Source: Planctomycetota bacterium (lineage in GTDB: Bacteria > Planctomycetota > PLA2 > JAEUHO01). From it: a DNA stretch of 64,000 bases. Both the position numbers and the translations under genes were made by a program. Below the pieces are notes generated by a model. That model was not told the origin of the DNA and did no database searches. It was given only the letters and a program-made list of their open reading frames with translations. Of this stretch, positions 29,383-39,009 are shown piece by piece. Location of the stretch: the NCBI GenBank assembly GCA_965223505.1, contig CBDCWP010000040.1, forward strand, positions 1 through 64,000, read 5' to 3'. How positions within the stretch are numbered: position 1 is the first letter of the stretch; each line of letters opens with the position of its first letter.

Positions 29383-30749
29383 TGAAGGCATTCGTGCTCG
29401 TGTCGGTTGTCTGCCTACTGGCCACGGCACCGTTGTCCGCCGACGAGGCGGAACCGAACGTCGACCCGGCGACGTGGAAACAGAGAAACGTCGAGTCGAA
29501 GTGGGTCGTGTATCGACGTGCGGCGGCGGATGCGCAGAGCAAGAAGAGCTGGTGGACGTTCCTCGCCGAGAACGAGGACTTCGAGCTGCTCGAGATGATC
29601 GCCGTGTACGAGAGCTGGCGTGGGCCCGGCGAGCTGCTGCTGCGCCACGGCGCGCCGCAGGGGATCCGCGCAGCGGTGTGGACGCTTTGGGACGTCAGTA
29701 GTCACTCGTTCGAGCACGCGGCCGTTACCGTGCTCAAGAACCACGCGGCGAAGACGCTGGGCTGGCTCGACAAGTACATGGGGAAGGAGACGCCGCTCGG
29801 CAAGGCCGCGCCCATTCGTGCGCTGCGGACGGAGCTCGAGAAGCTGAAGGTAGAGCCGGAGGACCCCGGCAACGCGCTGCCGCCGCTCGAGCCCCGTGTG
29901 GTGTTCCGTCACCTGCGAGCGCCCGCGAAGCTCGCCGTCGTCGGCGCGGACGTCCCGCTGAAGCTGCGCGACGACGCCGTGTACCAGCATCAGGTGGTGC
30001 GAGCCATCGAGGGCCACGGACGCTCGGGCCGACACACCGGGGAGAGCTGGGGCGCTCTCGAGACGCTGCTCGATCACGAGGATCCGGTGGTTCGTCGCGC
30101 GACGTGCCTGGCGTATTCGACCCACGGCGGACCCATTCCGCTACGCAAGCTGCTGGACCTGATCGACGCGGATGAGCAGCCGGACGCGGTTCGCGAAGCG
30201 GCGGTGCTCGCATTCAGCAAGTTGACCTACCCGGTGGTGCGCGTGCGCATGATCGAGATCGCGACGCAGACCGACCACCCGGCGTGGCGGGCGGCGGTCT
30301 CGCGCCTGATCGACACACGCGAGGACTTTCTCTTCGAGCCGCTGAGCCTGCTGATGGCGCAGTCGGAGGACGCGGACACGAAGTCCTTCCTCGTCGACGA
30401 GGTCGCGCGCCTCGCACAGCAGGTGCGGGACCCGAACGTCTTCGCCCGCGACGCCGAACGGCGGCTGGTGATCGCGACGTGGTTGCAGTTGACGGGCCAT
30501 CCGCTGGCCGCCAACTACGCGCAGTGGACGCTCGCGCGCTTTCAGAAATTCGAAAAGCACCCCAAGGTTCGAAGTGCGCTCTGGACGGTCTTCGGCAAGT
30601 TCGACGCGACCGCGTGGCTCGACGGCCGGCCCGAGCTCGGTTCCGGCAGTGGATCGGCGCCGTCGATCGAGACCGTGACCAAGATGGTCCGCGCGCAAGC
30701 CGAGCGGCTTCTCAAGGGCGAGCCGAATGCGGGGCGTCGACCTCGGTGA
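29379..30749 (+). CDS. Secreted HEAT-repeat-containing protein
   Basis: Signal peptide MKAFVLVSVVCLLATAPLSA. HEAT-like segments ALETLLDHEDPVVRRAT and DAVREAAVLAF. Confidence 0.7.
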   Translation: MMKAFVLVSVVCLLATAPLSADEAEPNVDPATWKQRNVESKWVVYRRAAADAQSKKSWWTFLAENEDFELLEMIAVYESWRGPGELLLRHGAPQGIRAAVWTLWDVSSHSFEHAAVTVLKNHAAKTLGWLDKYMGKETPLGKAAPIRALRTELEKLKVEPEDPGNALPPLEPRVVFRHLRAPAKLAVVGADVPLKLRDDAVYQHQVVRAIEGHGRSGRHTGESWGALETLLDHEDPVVRRATCLAYSTHGGPIPLRKLLDLIDADEQPDAVREAAVLAFSKLTYPVVRVRMIEIATQTDHPAWRAAVSRLIDTREDFLFEPLSLLMAQSEDADTKSFLVDEVARLAQQVRDPNVFARDAERRLVIATWLQLTGHPLAANYAQWTLARFQKFEKHPKVRSALWTVFGKFDATAWLDGRPELGSGSGSAPSIETVTKMVRAQAERLLKGEPNAGRRPR

Positions 30750-30819
30750 GCGTGGGCTGTGCGCGGGTTGGTACAGCGAGGTGTCCACCCCGTGGTCGAT
30801 CGATCCGTCGCGTTCGAGG

Positions 30820-31063
30820 CACGCCACACCGGTTTGGTCCGCCGCACGTTGCGTCCGGGGTACGGCGTGCCGGGGTGGAGCAGCGTCTCGACGCCGTCGG
30901 ACTCGTAGCCGAACGCCTGCGCGACGAAGTCGTGCTGCTCCGGATGGGCGTCGCCGCAGACGACGTGGACGTCGTCGCCGCGTCGCGCGAACGCCTGCAG
31001 GACGCAGTGGATCCAGCGGTCTCGAGACCGGGACAGCGAGCGGCCGTGCAGAAAGCAGATCAT
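30820..31063 (-). pseudogene. Possible remnant of a glycosyltransferase (GT4-like) N-terminus
   Basis: MICFLHGRSLSRSRDRWIHCVLQAFARRGDDVHVVCGDAHPEQHDFVAQAFGY resembles GT-B N-termini (beta strand, G-rich loop, 'l.r.Gh.VhVvc'). No downstream domain follows. Confidence 0.4.
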
Positions 31064-31172
31064 CGACAGTGCGCTCGTCAGCCTTTCAGGTCGGAGCGAT
31101 CTGCGGGCGGCGCCACACCCGCGATTGCCGGCGTGAACAACGTCTTCGACATTCACCGCTATCCTGAAGTCG

Positions 31173-34100
31173 ATGCGGCGGTGGGTGCCTCTCCTGGGGC
31201 TGGTCTTGATCGGCGTGGGGGTCGTTTGGTGGGTGGCCGACGCCCGCGGCCCCCTCGAAACGGGCGAACAGCAGTCGAACGCGGCCGGACCGGCGACCGA
31301 AGAGAACGCCACCGGCCTGCAGGGCCGCTCGAAGGCGACGCCTCCGAAGCCGCTCGTCGACGGTCGTATCGAAGGAACCGTGCTCGCCGGCGGAGTCGGC
31401 GCGGCGGCGCGGGTCGAGTTGCTCCGCACCGCGGGTCCGCCGGCCCATGTGCCGCCGTTCGCCTGGCAGATGGACCGGAGCCGCGCACAGATGCTGTTGC
31501 GCCCGCTCCGGCCGGACGCGGAGGTGGTTTCCACCGACGACACGAGCGGGGACGGGGCGTTCTCTTTGCCCGTGCACGCACGCGGCATCTACGAGTTGCG
31601 TGCCACGTCGACGGACGGCCGCGTCGGCATCGTGCGCGTGCACGTACTCAACGCGTCGGGCATCACTCATGCGACCGTCCACATCGGCGGAAGCGAGCCG
31701 TCGCTTCACGGTACCGTGCGGCATGCGGACGGCCGTGCCTTCGAAGGTTGGGTCTCCGTCGCGCCCGCGAACATGCTGTGGAACAAGGACGCGGCATGGC
31801 GCACGGTCTTCACGGAGCTTGACGCCAAGGGGCGGTACGCCTTTTACGGGTTGCCGTCAGGCGAGGTGGACGTCACGGCTGTGCAACCCGGCGTGATGCT
31901 CTATCAGGCCGACTTCACTCGGATTCCGCACAAGGGGCCGTTCGATCTCGTCGTCGATGGCGGCAAACACAGCGTCTACGGCACTGTCATCCACGACGAC
32001 ACCGAGGAACCCATGGCGGGCGTCTTCGTGGAGGCGCTGAGGGGTCCGCCGTTCCGATCGATCGCAGTCGTGACCGACGCCGAGGGCGGGTTTCGCATCG
32101 CGATGCCCACGAAGGTCAGCTCCGTCTACGCCAGAAAACACGGATTCGCGACCGCTGTCTACGGCGCGCTCCGCAAGCGCTACCCGCTGGTGCTGCGCAT
32201 GCGGCCCGCCGGAACCGTTCGCGGACGGATCTTCGACGTCGCGACGGGCGACGGCGTGGCGGGCGTGCCGATCCGGGGGTTGGTATGGACCGGATATCCG
32301 CTGCGCGGCAATCCCTGGACGGTCTCGAGCGAGAATGGCGACTACGAGCTCACGGGTCTACATGGCGGCGACGTGCAGGTGGTCGCGTGGGGCAACGGCT
32401 GGGCGCCCGCGAAATTCGAGAAGGGCGAGGGGCCGGGCGTCTACGTCACGTGCGTGCCGGGAGAGAGCGTCAGGGTCGACATCGCCGTGCAGCGCGGCGG
32501 CGTGCTCGCGGGCCGCGTGGTCGACGAGAGCGGCGCCGGCGTCCCGGGCACCGAGGTTCGCATTGCCGACGAAGACACCGTCAACCAGTACGGCAACTAC
32601 GTCGGCGACGCCGTGACTGATGCGACGGGCTACTTCGAGCTCGACGGCATCGCGCCCTCCGACGGGGTGCACGCGAACACCAAGTCCCCGAACCATCCGT
32701 CGACCACCACCGGCCCCTACACGATCCGCTCCGGCGAGAGGACCGAGATCGAGATCGAGCTCGGCCCCCCGCGCTGGTGCACGGTCACGCTTCTCGACGC
32801 AGCAACCGGGTCGCCGATCGAGGGCGGTCACGTTCGCGCTCGGACGAAGCGAAGCGACGGCGAGTACCAGTCGCATGGAACGTGGCGGCAGACCGACGCG
32901 CGCGGCGAAGCCCGGCTCGGACCGCTCGACGCCGGCACGCCGGCCGTGACCTACTACGCGGCGGGATACCTGACGAAGCGGAGTGAGCTCGGCTGGGGAT
33001 GGATCGCGGTCGAGAACGCACCGGAGAAAGGCGAGTTCGCGACGACGATCCGTCTCGACCGCGGCACCCCCATCACCGGGCGCATCGTCGCCGGAGCCGC
33101 AAAGGACGTGACGAAGACGACGCTTTGGATCCGCCCGTCCGAGGCGCCGGGGTACGAGACATGGACGGGCCATGGACGGCCGGAGAGCGACGGAGCGTTC
33201 GAGCTGACCGCACCGCCGACCGGTCGGTACACGATCACGGCCATGCTGCACGATCGCGGCAACAGCTACTCCGCCGCGGAGGACGTCGAGGCAGGGGCGA
33301 CCGACGTGATGCTCGATCTGAAGATCCAGGCTTCGAACTTCGGGCAGGACCCCAACCAGCAGGAGAACGTCTGGCGCATTCGGGTTCTCGGACCGGACGG
33401 CAAGCCGGTCCGCGACGCCCGTGGGGTCACCGTGCACGAGTATGCCGGCGGGATGTCGTCGAGCAACATCGACACAGCCGGCGGGGAGTTCGAGTTTACG
33501 GTCTACGAACGCGCCGAACGCGTGAGGCTCCTCGTAACCGGCGCGCGCACGAGCACGGGCGAGCCCGCTGCCAGTGGGTACTTCGGCCCTTGGGATCCCG
33601 AAGGCGGCGAAGACACGGTCACGCTGTCGGCGGCCGAGTCGATCGAGGGCCGTGTCGTCGATCAGAACGGCAAGGGGATCCAAGGCGTGTCCGTAACGGC
33701 GTACGGCATCGCGCCGGACGAGTGGACGAAGAGCCTCGGATCCGCGGCGCACGGCTCGATGCGGACGCGCCCGGACGGGTCGTTCCGCATCGACGGGCTG
33801 GGCACCGGCACCTACCGGATCCAGGCCGAACCGCCCGCCGGTCATCTCGGTGTCGAGGCGATCGAAACGAAGTCCGGGCGACGCGACATACGGATTGAGC
33901 TTCGACGCGGCATCGACGTCGTCGTGACGGTTCTCGATCCCGACGGCAGACCGGCCGTCGGTGCCAACGTGCACGTCAGATCCAACGACGAGGCGACATC
34001 TCCCTCGTCGGACGCCACGGCGGATGCGCGCGGCGAAGCGCTGCTACGGAACCTGCGCAAGGACGGTGTCTACAAGCTCTACGTCGAGTTCGAAGAGAGT

Positions 34101-34925
34101 GACGAGGTCCAGTACTCGCACGAGACCGAAACCTGGTCGCCACAGGCCGAGACGGTGCGGTTCGTGCGCACATACCGGATCGATGGCGTCGTCGAGGACG
34201 CGACGGGCCGGTCCATCCCCGGCATCTCCGTGGCGGCCCTGGACGATGCCGGGAATTGGCGGTGGGCACGAACGACGAACGCCGGCCGCTTCGTTGTCGA
34301 CGAGCTGGCAAAGGGCCCGGTGCGGATGTGGACGCTGCGCCGTTACATCGACGAAGAGCGGGTACTCGAGCGGACCGCGAAGGTCATGCAGGCCGGCGCC
34401 AAGGACGTCGTCCTGGCGTTCGATGCGGGCTGGGTCATCGAGGTGGTCGTCGCGAACGCCACGCCCAACTCGATGCTGCGCATCGCGCTGACGGACCCGG
34501 AGGGAACGCGGCCGAAGGGCGACGATCCCAGCCAGATCTGGAACGGCCGGCAGACGTTCATCGAGGTGAAGCGCGACAAGCGGTACCAGATCTACGTCGG
34601 CCCGACGCCCGACGGCCGCTACGCCTACCACGACGGTCCGATTCCTGACTCGGGCCGGCTCGAGCTGAAGCTGGAAAAGGGCGCGACGATCGAGGGTAAG
34701 GTCACGAACGCCGCAGGACGCCCGGCCGCACGGAACGTCGTGCGACTCGCGGACCGCGGCGTGTATGTGCAGTCCCCGATCGCACCCGACGGCACGTACC
34801 GGCTGCCGGGCGTTCCACCCGGGACGTGGAGCGTGAGCTGCGCGCTGGTCGTCAATCGCACCGTCGTGAAGAAGGAGGCGGAGGTCGTTGCCGGCGGCAC
34901 CGCAAACTTCGACTTCCGTCGCTAG
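31173..34925 (+). CDS. Large membrane-anchored protein with tandem carboxypeptidase-regulatory-like (beta-sandwich) repeats
   Basis: N-terminal TM. Repeated G.V.D..G.PV.G..V...TD..G.F.L.GL..G.Y motifs, e.g. IEGRVVDQNGKGIQGVSV...TRPDGSFRIDGLGTGTY. Confidence 0.85.
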   Translation: MRRWVPLLGLVLIGVGVVWWVADARGPLETGEQQSNAAGPATEENATGLQGRSKATPPKPLVDGRIEGTVLAGGVGAAARVELLRTAGPPAHVPPFAWQMDRSRAQMLLRPLRPDAEVVSTDDTSGDGAFSLPVHARGIYELRATSTDGRVGIVRVHVLNASGITHATVHIGGSEPSLHGTVRHADGRAFEGWVSVAPANMLWNKDAAWRTVFTELDAKGRYAFYGLPSGEVDVTAVQPGVMLYQADFTRIPHKGPFDLVVDGGKHSVYGTVIHDDTEEPMAGVFVEALRGPPFRSIAVVTDAEGGFRIAMPTKVSSVYARKHGFATAVYGALRKRYPLVLRMRPAGTVRGRIFDVATGDGVAGVPIRGLVWTGYPLRGNPWTVSSENGDYELTGLHGGDVQVVAWGNGWAPAKFEKGEGPGVYVTCVPGESVRVDIAVQRGGVLAGRVVDESGAGVPGTEVRIADEDTVNQYGNYVGDAVTDATGYFELDGIAPSDGVHANTKSPNHPSTTTGPYTIRSGERTEIEIELGPPRWCTVTLLDAATGSPIEGGHVRARTKRSDGEYQSHGTWRQTDARGEARLGPLDAGTPAVTYYAAGYLTKRSELGWGWIAVENAPEKGEFATTIRLDRGTPITGRIVAGAAKDVTKTTLWIRPSEAPGYETWTGHGRPESDGAFELTAPPTGRYTITAMLHDRGNSYSAAEDVEAGATDVMLDLKIQASNFGQDPNQQENVWRIRVLGPDGKPVRDARGVTVHEYAGGMSSSNIDTAGGEFEFTVYERAERVRLLVTGARTSTGEPAASGYFGPWDPEGGEDTVTLSAAESIEGRVVDQNGKGIQGVSVTAYGIAPDEWTKSLGSAAHGSMRTRPDGSFRIDGLGTGTYRIQAEPPAGHLGVEAIETKSGRRDIRIELRRGIDVVVTVLDPDGRPAVGANVHVRSNDEATSPSSDATADARGEALLRNLRKDGVYKLYVEFEESDEVQYSHETETWSPQAETVRFVRTYRIDGVVEDATGRSIPGISVAALDDAGNWRWARTTNAGRFVVDELAKGPVRMWTLRRYIDEERVLERTAKVMQAGAKDVVLAFDAGWVIEVVVANATPNSMLRIALTDPEGTRPKGDDPSQIWNGRQTFIEVKRDKRYQIYVGPTPDGRYAYHDGPIPDSGRLELKLEKGATIEGKVTNAAGRPAARNVVRLADRGVYVQSPIAPDGTYRLPGVPPGTWSVSCALVVNRTVVKKEAEVVAGGTANFDFRR

Positions 34926-35650
34926 ATCCAGGGCGTGAGCAGCAAGCGGATTGCGAGCAACGTCAGCACGACCTTGTACATCCAGAAGAACGCGCGTTCG
35001 CTGACTCTGTGCAGAAGCGCGCGCCCCGTGACGGTTCCGAACACCACGGCGACCGCCATCGGAATGACGACGTCGAGGTGATCGATCACCGAGAAGCCGA
35101 CGGTCGAGAACCAGACGATCTTGAGCGTGTGCATGTAGGCCTGGCACACGGCCTTCGTCGCGACGACCTGCTCCTTCTTGAATCCGCCCCGCAGGAAGAA
35201 CGGCGCGATCAGCGGGCCCGTCGCGCCGACCACGACGCCCAGTAGCCCGGCGATGACGCCCGAGATCCCGAACGCCGCATTCTCGGGCAGGTGCTGGATC
35301 CCCCACTTCGGCGTCCACGTCGCGTACAGCACCGCCGCGCCGAACATCACCTTCAACGTCACCGGATCGAGCGCATCGACGATCATGAGGCCGAAGTACG
35401 GCAGCGGCAGCGCGGGCACGGCGTGCCAGAGGAACGGCCGCCAACGAACGTACTTGAAGAGCAGCACGAGCCGCGTCGAGTTCGACATCAGCTGCACGAA
35501 CGCGTGCAGCGGAATCGCCAGCGCCGGCTCCAAGCCGGCCATGTACATCGCCGCGAGCAGCATGATGCCGCCGCCCATGCCCAGGAGGCCGGAGATCGTC
35601 GACGTCACGTACGAGACGGCAACGAGGACGATCATGGTCACGGTGGGCAT
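34922..35650 (-). CDS. Sulfite exporter TauE/SafE family membrane protein
   Basis: ISGLLGMGGGIML and second-half GLLGVVVGATGP repeats, about eight TM segments. Confidence 0.85.
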   Translation of the reverse strand: MPTVTMIVLVAVSYVTSTISGLLGMGGGIMLLAAMYMAGLEPALAIPLHAFVQLMSNSTRLVLLFKYVRWRPFLWHAVPALPLPYFGLMIVDALDPVTLKVMFGAAVLYATWTPKWGIQHLPENAAFGISGVIAGLLGVVVGATGPLIAPFFLRGGFKKEQVVATKAVCQAYMHTLKIVWFSTVGFSVIDHLDVVIPMAVAVVFGTVTGRALLHRVSERAFFWMYKVVLTLLAIRLLLTPWI

Positions 35651-35695
35651 GGCGCCGCCGATCCTCAGCGGCGAAACCGCGCTTCCCAAGCGAAT

Positions 35696-36541
35696 CTACG
35701 CCGAGGAGGGACCGAGCGCCTCGATGACGTAGCCCGTCGGGTAGCTTCGGTGCGTCATGCCGTCGGTGCGCAGGCGCGGCCGTCGACGAGGCGGCAGGCC
35801 GCGCACGACGAGCGCTCGAGCCCGAAGCAGCGTGGGGACGGCCCGCCGCATGAACGGCGACGGCTTGGGGAATCCGAACGCGTCGACGACGCGATCGTCG
35901 AGCAGTGCGTAGATCCCCGCACGCACGATCGGCTTGAGCACGTTCGGGAACCAGCTCACGAAGAGCGCGACGGTCGCGGCGCCGACGCGCGCATTCGTTG
36001 CGTGAGGCCGAAAGTGGTCGCGCTCGTACTCGCGATTGAAGCGCTCGAACGTCGCGTAGTCGTCCGGGATGTCGTCGATCTTCATGCGACGCCCGACCGC
36101 GCGCCAGAAGTGAAACTGCGCCAGCCGCTCCTGCATGCACATCGGCCGCCAGCCGAAGCGGGCATTCCAGCGAATCGGTTCGAAGACGAAGGTCGAGAGC
36201 ACGTAGAGAAAGTCGTCGTTTCGGATCTCGTGGCGGCCGTGCAACCGGTTCATGCGCCGAAGCGCGCGCCGACCGCGGTCGCTGTCGTAGCCCCACTCCA
36301 TCAGCTCGCTGACGATGATGTCGGTGTCGTCGTAGCGGCGCTGGGGACGTTCGCGGAACTCACCGGTTCGGTCGAGCAGCGTCGAGATGCTCGGAACGCA
36401 GTACGAACGGAAGAGCGCGAATTCGAGCGAGCGCGTGGTGTCGAACGGGAAGTCGTAGCACGTCGAGAGGTGGACGATGCGTTGGTGATCCCGCACCGGA
36501 TCGAGCGTACGTATCTCGTCGCGAACGGCGAACTTCGCCAC
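35696..36541 (-). CDS. MpaB/DUF2236-family oxygenase-like protein
   Basis: ALFRSYCVPSIS.LL..TGEF...PQRRYDDT, RMNRLHG...IRNDDFLYVLSTF, FWRAVGRRMKIDDIP. Confidence 0.85.
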   Translation of the reverse strand: MAKFAVRDEIRTLDPVRDHQRIVHLSTCYDFPFDTTRSLEFALFRSYCVPSISTLLDRTGEFRERPQRRYDDTDIIVSELMEWGYDSDRGRRALRRMNRLHGRHEIRNDDFLYVLSTFVFEPIRWNARFGWRPMCMQERLAQFHFWRAVGRRMKIDDIPDDYATFERFNREYERDHFRPHATNARVGAATVALFVSWFPNVLKPIVRAGIYALLDDRVVDAFGFPKPSPFMRRAVPTLLRARALVVRGLPPRRRPRLRTDGMTHRSYPTGYVIEALGPSSA

Positions 36542-36743
36542 GTGTGCCTCCGCGCCGAATCATACGTGCGCGCCGGCCTACGCATTCGCGTCCTGCGTCC
36601 TCTAATTAGGCTGCTCGGACACTCCACGCATACCTACGCGGCGGCGCGCCGGATGGGACGCGGAAGGTCGATGAGGACGACGTGGCGTGGTCGACCCACG
36701 CGAGGAGGACGAAGGGGCCTTCGGCGCCCAGTCCGGCGCGCCG

Positions 36744-37631
36744 CTAGCGCCAGGTTTGCACCTCGAGCTCGAGCTCGACGCCGAACTTGTCGAGCACGGT
36801 GCGGCGGATCAGGCGGATGAGGTCCTGCACGTCGTCGGCCGTCGCGCCGTCCACGTTCTCGATGAAGTTGGCGTGGATCGGCGACACGCGCGCACCGCCG
36901 ATCGCGCGGCCCTTGAGACCGGCGTGCTCGATCAAGTACCCCGCCGATCGCTTCTCGTCGTCTTGCGGGTTCTTGAAGATGCAGCCGGCGCTCTTCGCCG
37001 ACAAGGGTTGGGTGTCCCGCTTCCAGCGCATCGCCGTGTCGAACAGCGTGCGTTGCGAGCGCTCCGTCAGTGAGGGGTCGCGGCGGAACGCGGCACCCGT
37101 TACGAGGCACCCCTCGAACGGACTACTGCGGTAGCCGAAGTCACACCGGCGCGGCTGCATCCGTCGGACCTCGCCGGCCGGATCCAAGTACGTCACCTCG
37201 ACCAGCGCGTCCGACACGGCCCCGAAGCGCCCCCCCGCGTTCATGAACACGACGCCGCCGACGCTTCCCGGTATCCCGGGACAGCCCGGCAGCGCGGGGA
37301 TGCCGAGCGTGATCGCCTGGCGAACGAGCGAAGGGAAGCTGTTGCCCGCGCCGACCTCGACGCGGTCCTCGTGAACGCGAAAGTGGCAGAGCCGACGCGT
37401 CGCCAGGACGGCGCCCTGAATGCGCCCTTCGCCGATCAGCAGGTTGTAGCCGCCGCCCAGGTAGCGCAGCGGCACGCCGTGCTCGCGGCACACGCGCACG
37501 ATCCGCACCGCCTCGTCCTCGGTCTGCGGCTCGAACAGGAAGTCCGGCTTGCCGCCGACCGCCAGCGACGTGCGCGACGCCAGGCGCTCGACCCGGCGTC
37601 TGGCCTCACTGAAGTCGCGCGGCAAGACCAT
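36744..37631 (-). CDS. murB: UDP-N-acetylenolpyruvoylglucosamine reductase
   Basis: TSLAVGG, LGGGYNLL, GIPGSVGGVVFMNAG, FGYRSS, QP..AKSAGCIFKNP, HANFIEN, LELEV. Confidence 0.95.
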   Translation of the reverse strand: MVLPRDFSEARRRVERLASRTSLAVGGKPDFLFEPQTEDEAVRIVRVCREHGVPLRYLGGGYNLLIGEGRIQGAVLATRRLCHFRVHEDRVEVGAGNSFPSLVRQAITLGIPALPGCPGIPGSVGGVVFMNAGGRFGAVSDALVEVTYLDPAGEVRRMQPRRCDFGYRSSPFEGCLVTGAAFRRDPSLTERSQRTLFDTAMRWKRDTQPLSAKSAGCIFKNPQDDEKRSAGYLIEHAGLKGRAIGGARVSPIHANFIENVDGATADDVQDLIRLIRRTVLDKFGVELELEVQTWR

Positions 37632-39009
37632 GCGCCACCTCGTCCACGTTGCCCGCCCCCATCGTGACCACGACGTCGCCGGCGCGCAGGTTCGCCGCGC
37701 CGTGCTCGACGAGGTCGTCGAGCTGCTCGACCGTCAGCGCCTGCCCGCCTTCGTTGCGGATGTGCAGCGCGAGGTCTTCGGACGTGACCTTGCGCCGCTC
37801 CTCTTCGCTGTCGCGCGCGAAGTAGATCGGCGGCATCCAGACCTGATCCGCCTCGGCCAACGTCGCGGCGAACTCCTTCATCAGGCAGCGGGTTCGACTG
37901 GCCTGGTGCGGTTGGAAGATCACGACGAGGCGACGGTCGGCGTACCGGCGGCGCAGGGCACGCACGACGGCGCGGATCTCGGTCGGATGGTGACCGTAGT
38001 CGTCGTAGATGAGCACCTCCCCGCGCTCGGCGACACGCTCCAACCGGCGGCCCACGCCCTGGAAGGCGACGAGGCCCTCGCGGACGGCGTCGAACGACAG
38101 GCCGCTGTTGCAGAGCGCCGCGGCGGCGCCGGTCGCGTTGAGCACGTTGTGCCGGCCGAGCATCGGAATCTCGAGCTCGCCGAGCAGCGTTCCGGCGCGG
38201 CGAAGCTCGAAGCGCATGCCCGCGCCGTCGTCGAGCAGCGCCGGATCCGAGCAGTGCCAGCGCGCATCGTCGCCGAACCCGTAGGTCTCGATCGACGCCT
38301 TCAAGCGCGCGTCGCCTTCGAAGACCGGCGCATACGCGTCGTTGACGACGAGCGTTCCCTCCGCGGGCAAGCGCGCCGCGAACACGCGGAACGACTCCTG
38401 GATCTCCGCCAGGTCCCGGTAGTAGTCCAGGTGGTCTTCGTCGACATTGGTCACGACCGCGACGAACGGGTTGTGGGCGTGAAACGAGCGGTCGAACTCG
38501 CACGACTCCACGACGAAGTGACGCCCGGCGCCGACGCGCGCGCCCGATTCGAACTCCCGCAGCTCCCCCCCCACGACGAAGCTCGGATCCTCGCCCGCGT
38601 GCATCAGGCACGACGCCAGCATGGACGACGTGGTGGTCTTGCCGTGGCAGCCGGCGACGCAGATCGCGAGCGTCTCCGACATGAGCGCGCCGAGAAGCTC
38701 CGCGTACTTCCACGTCTGGACGCCGCGCGCCCGAGCGGCTTCGAGCTGCGGGTGGATCTCGGGCACCGCGGCCGAGAACACCAGCAGGTCGAGGTCGTCG
38801 GGCAGGGCCGACGCGTCCTCGCGGTCGTCGACGGCGATGCCCAGCGAGGCGAGCTGCGCGCAGCGCTCGCCCGGCGCGCGGTCGCTGCCCCGCACGTTCA
38901 GGCCGCGCGCCTTCAGCAGGCGCGCCGCGCCGCTCATGCCGACGCCCTCGGCGCCGATCAGGAACGCGGAGTGGTGTCCGTTCAGGGCTTGGGGGTTGGG
39001 CTGGATCAC
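37606..39009 (-). CDS. murC: UDP-N-acetylmuramate--L-alanine ligase
   Basis: IGAEGVGMSG, VAGCHGKTTTSSM, ESCEFDRSF, TNVDEDHLDYY, GVGRRLE, DDYGHHPTEI, FQPHQ, MGAG. GTG start overlaps the murG stop. Confidence 0.95.
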   Translation of the reverse strand: MIQPNPQALNGHHSAFLIGAEGVGMSGAARLLKARGLNVRGSDRAPGERCAQLASLGIAVDDREDASALPDDLDLLVFSAAVPEIHPQLEAARARGVQTWKYAELLGALMSETLAICVAGCHGKTTTSSMLASCLMHAGEDPSFVVGGELREFESGARVGAGRHFVVESCEFDRSFHAHNPFVAVVTNVDEDHLDYYRDLAEIQESFRVFAARLPAEGTLVVNDAYAPVFEGDARLKASIETYGFGDDARWHCSDPALLDDGAGMRFELRRAGTLLGELEIPMLGRHNVLNATGAAAALCNSGLSFDAVREGLVAFQGVGRRLERVAERGEVLIYDDYGHHPTEIRAVVRALRRRYADRRLVVIFQPHQASRTRCLMKEFAATLAEADQVWMPPIYFARDSEEERRKVTSEDLALHIRNEGGQALTVEQLDDLVEHGAANLRAGDVVVTMGAGNVDEVAHGLAARLQ

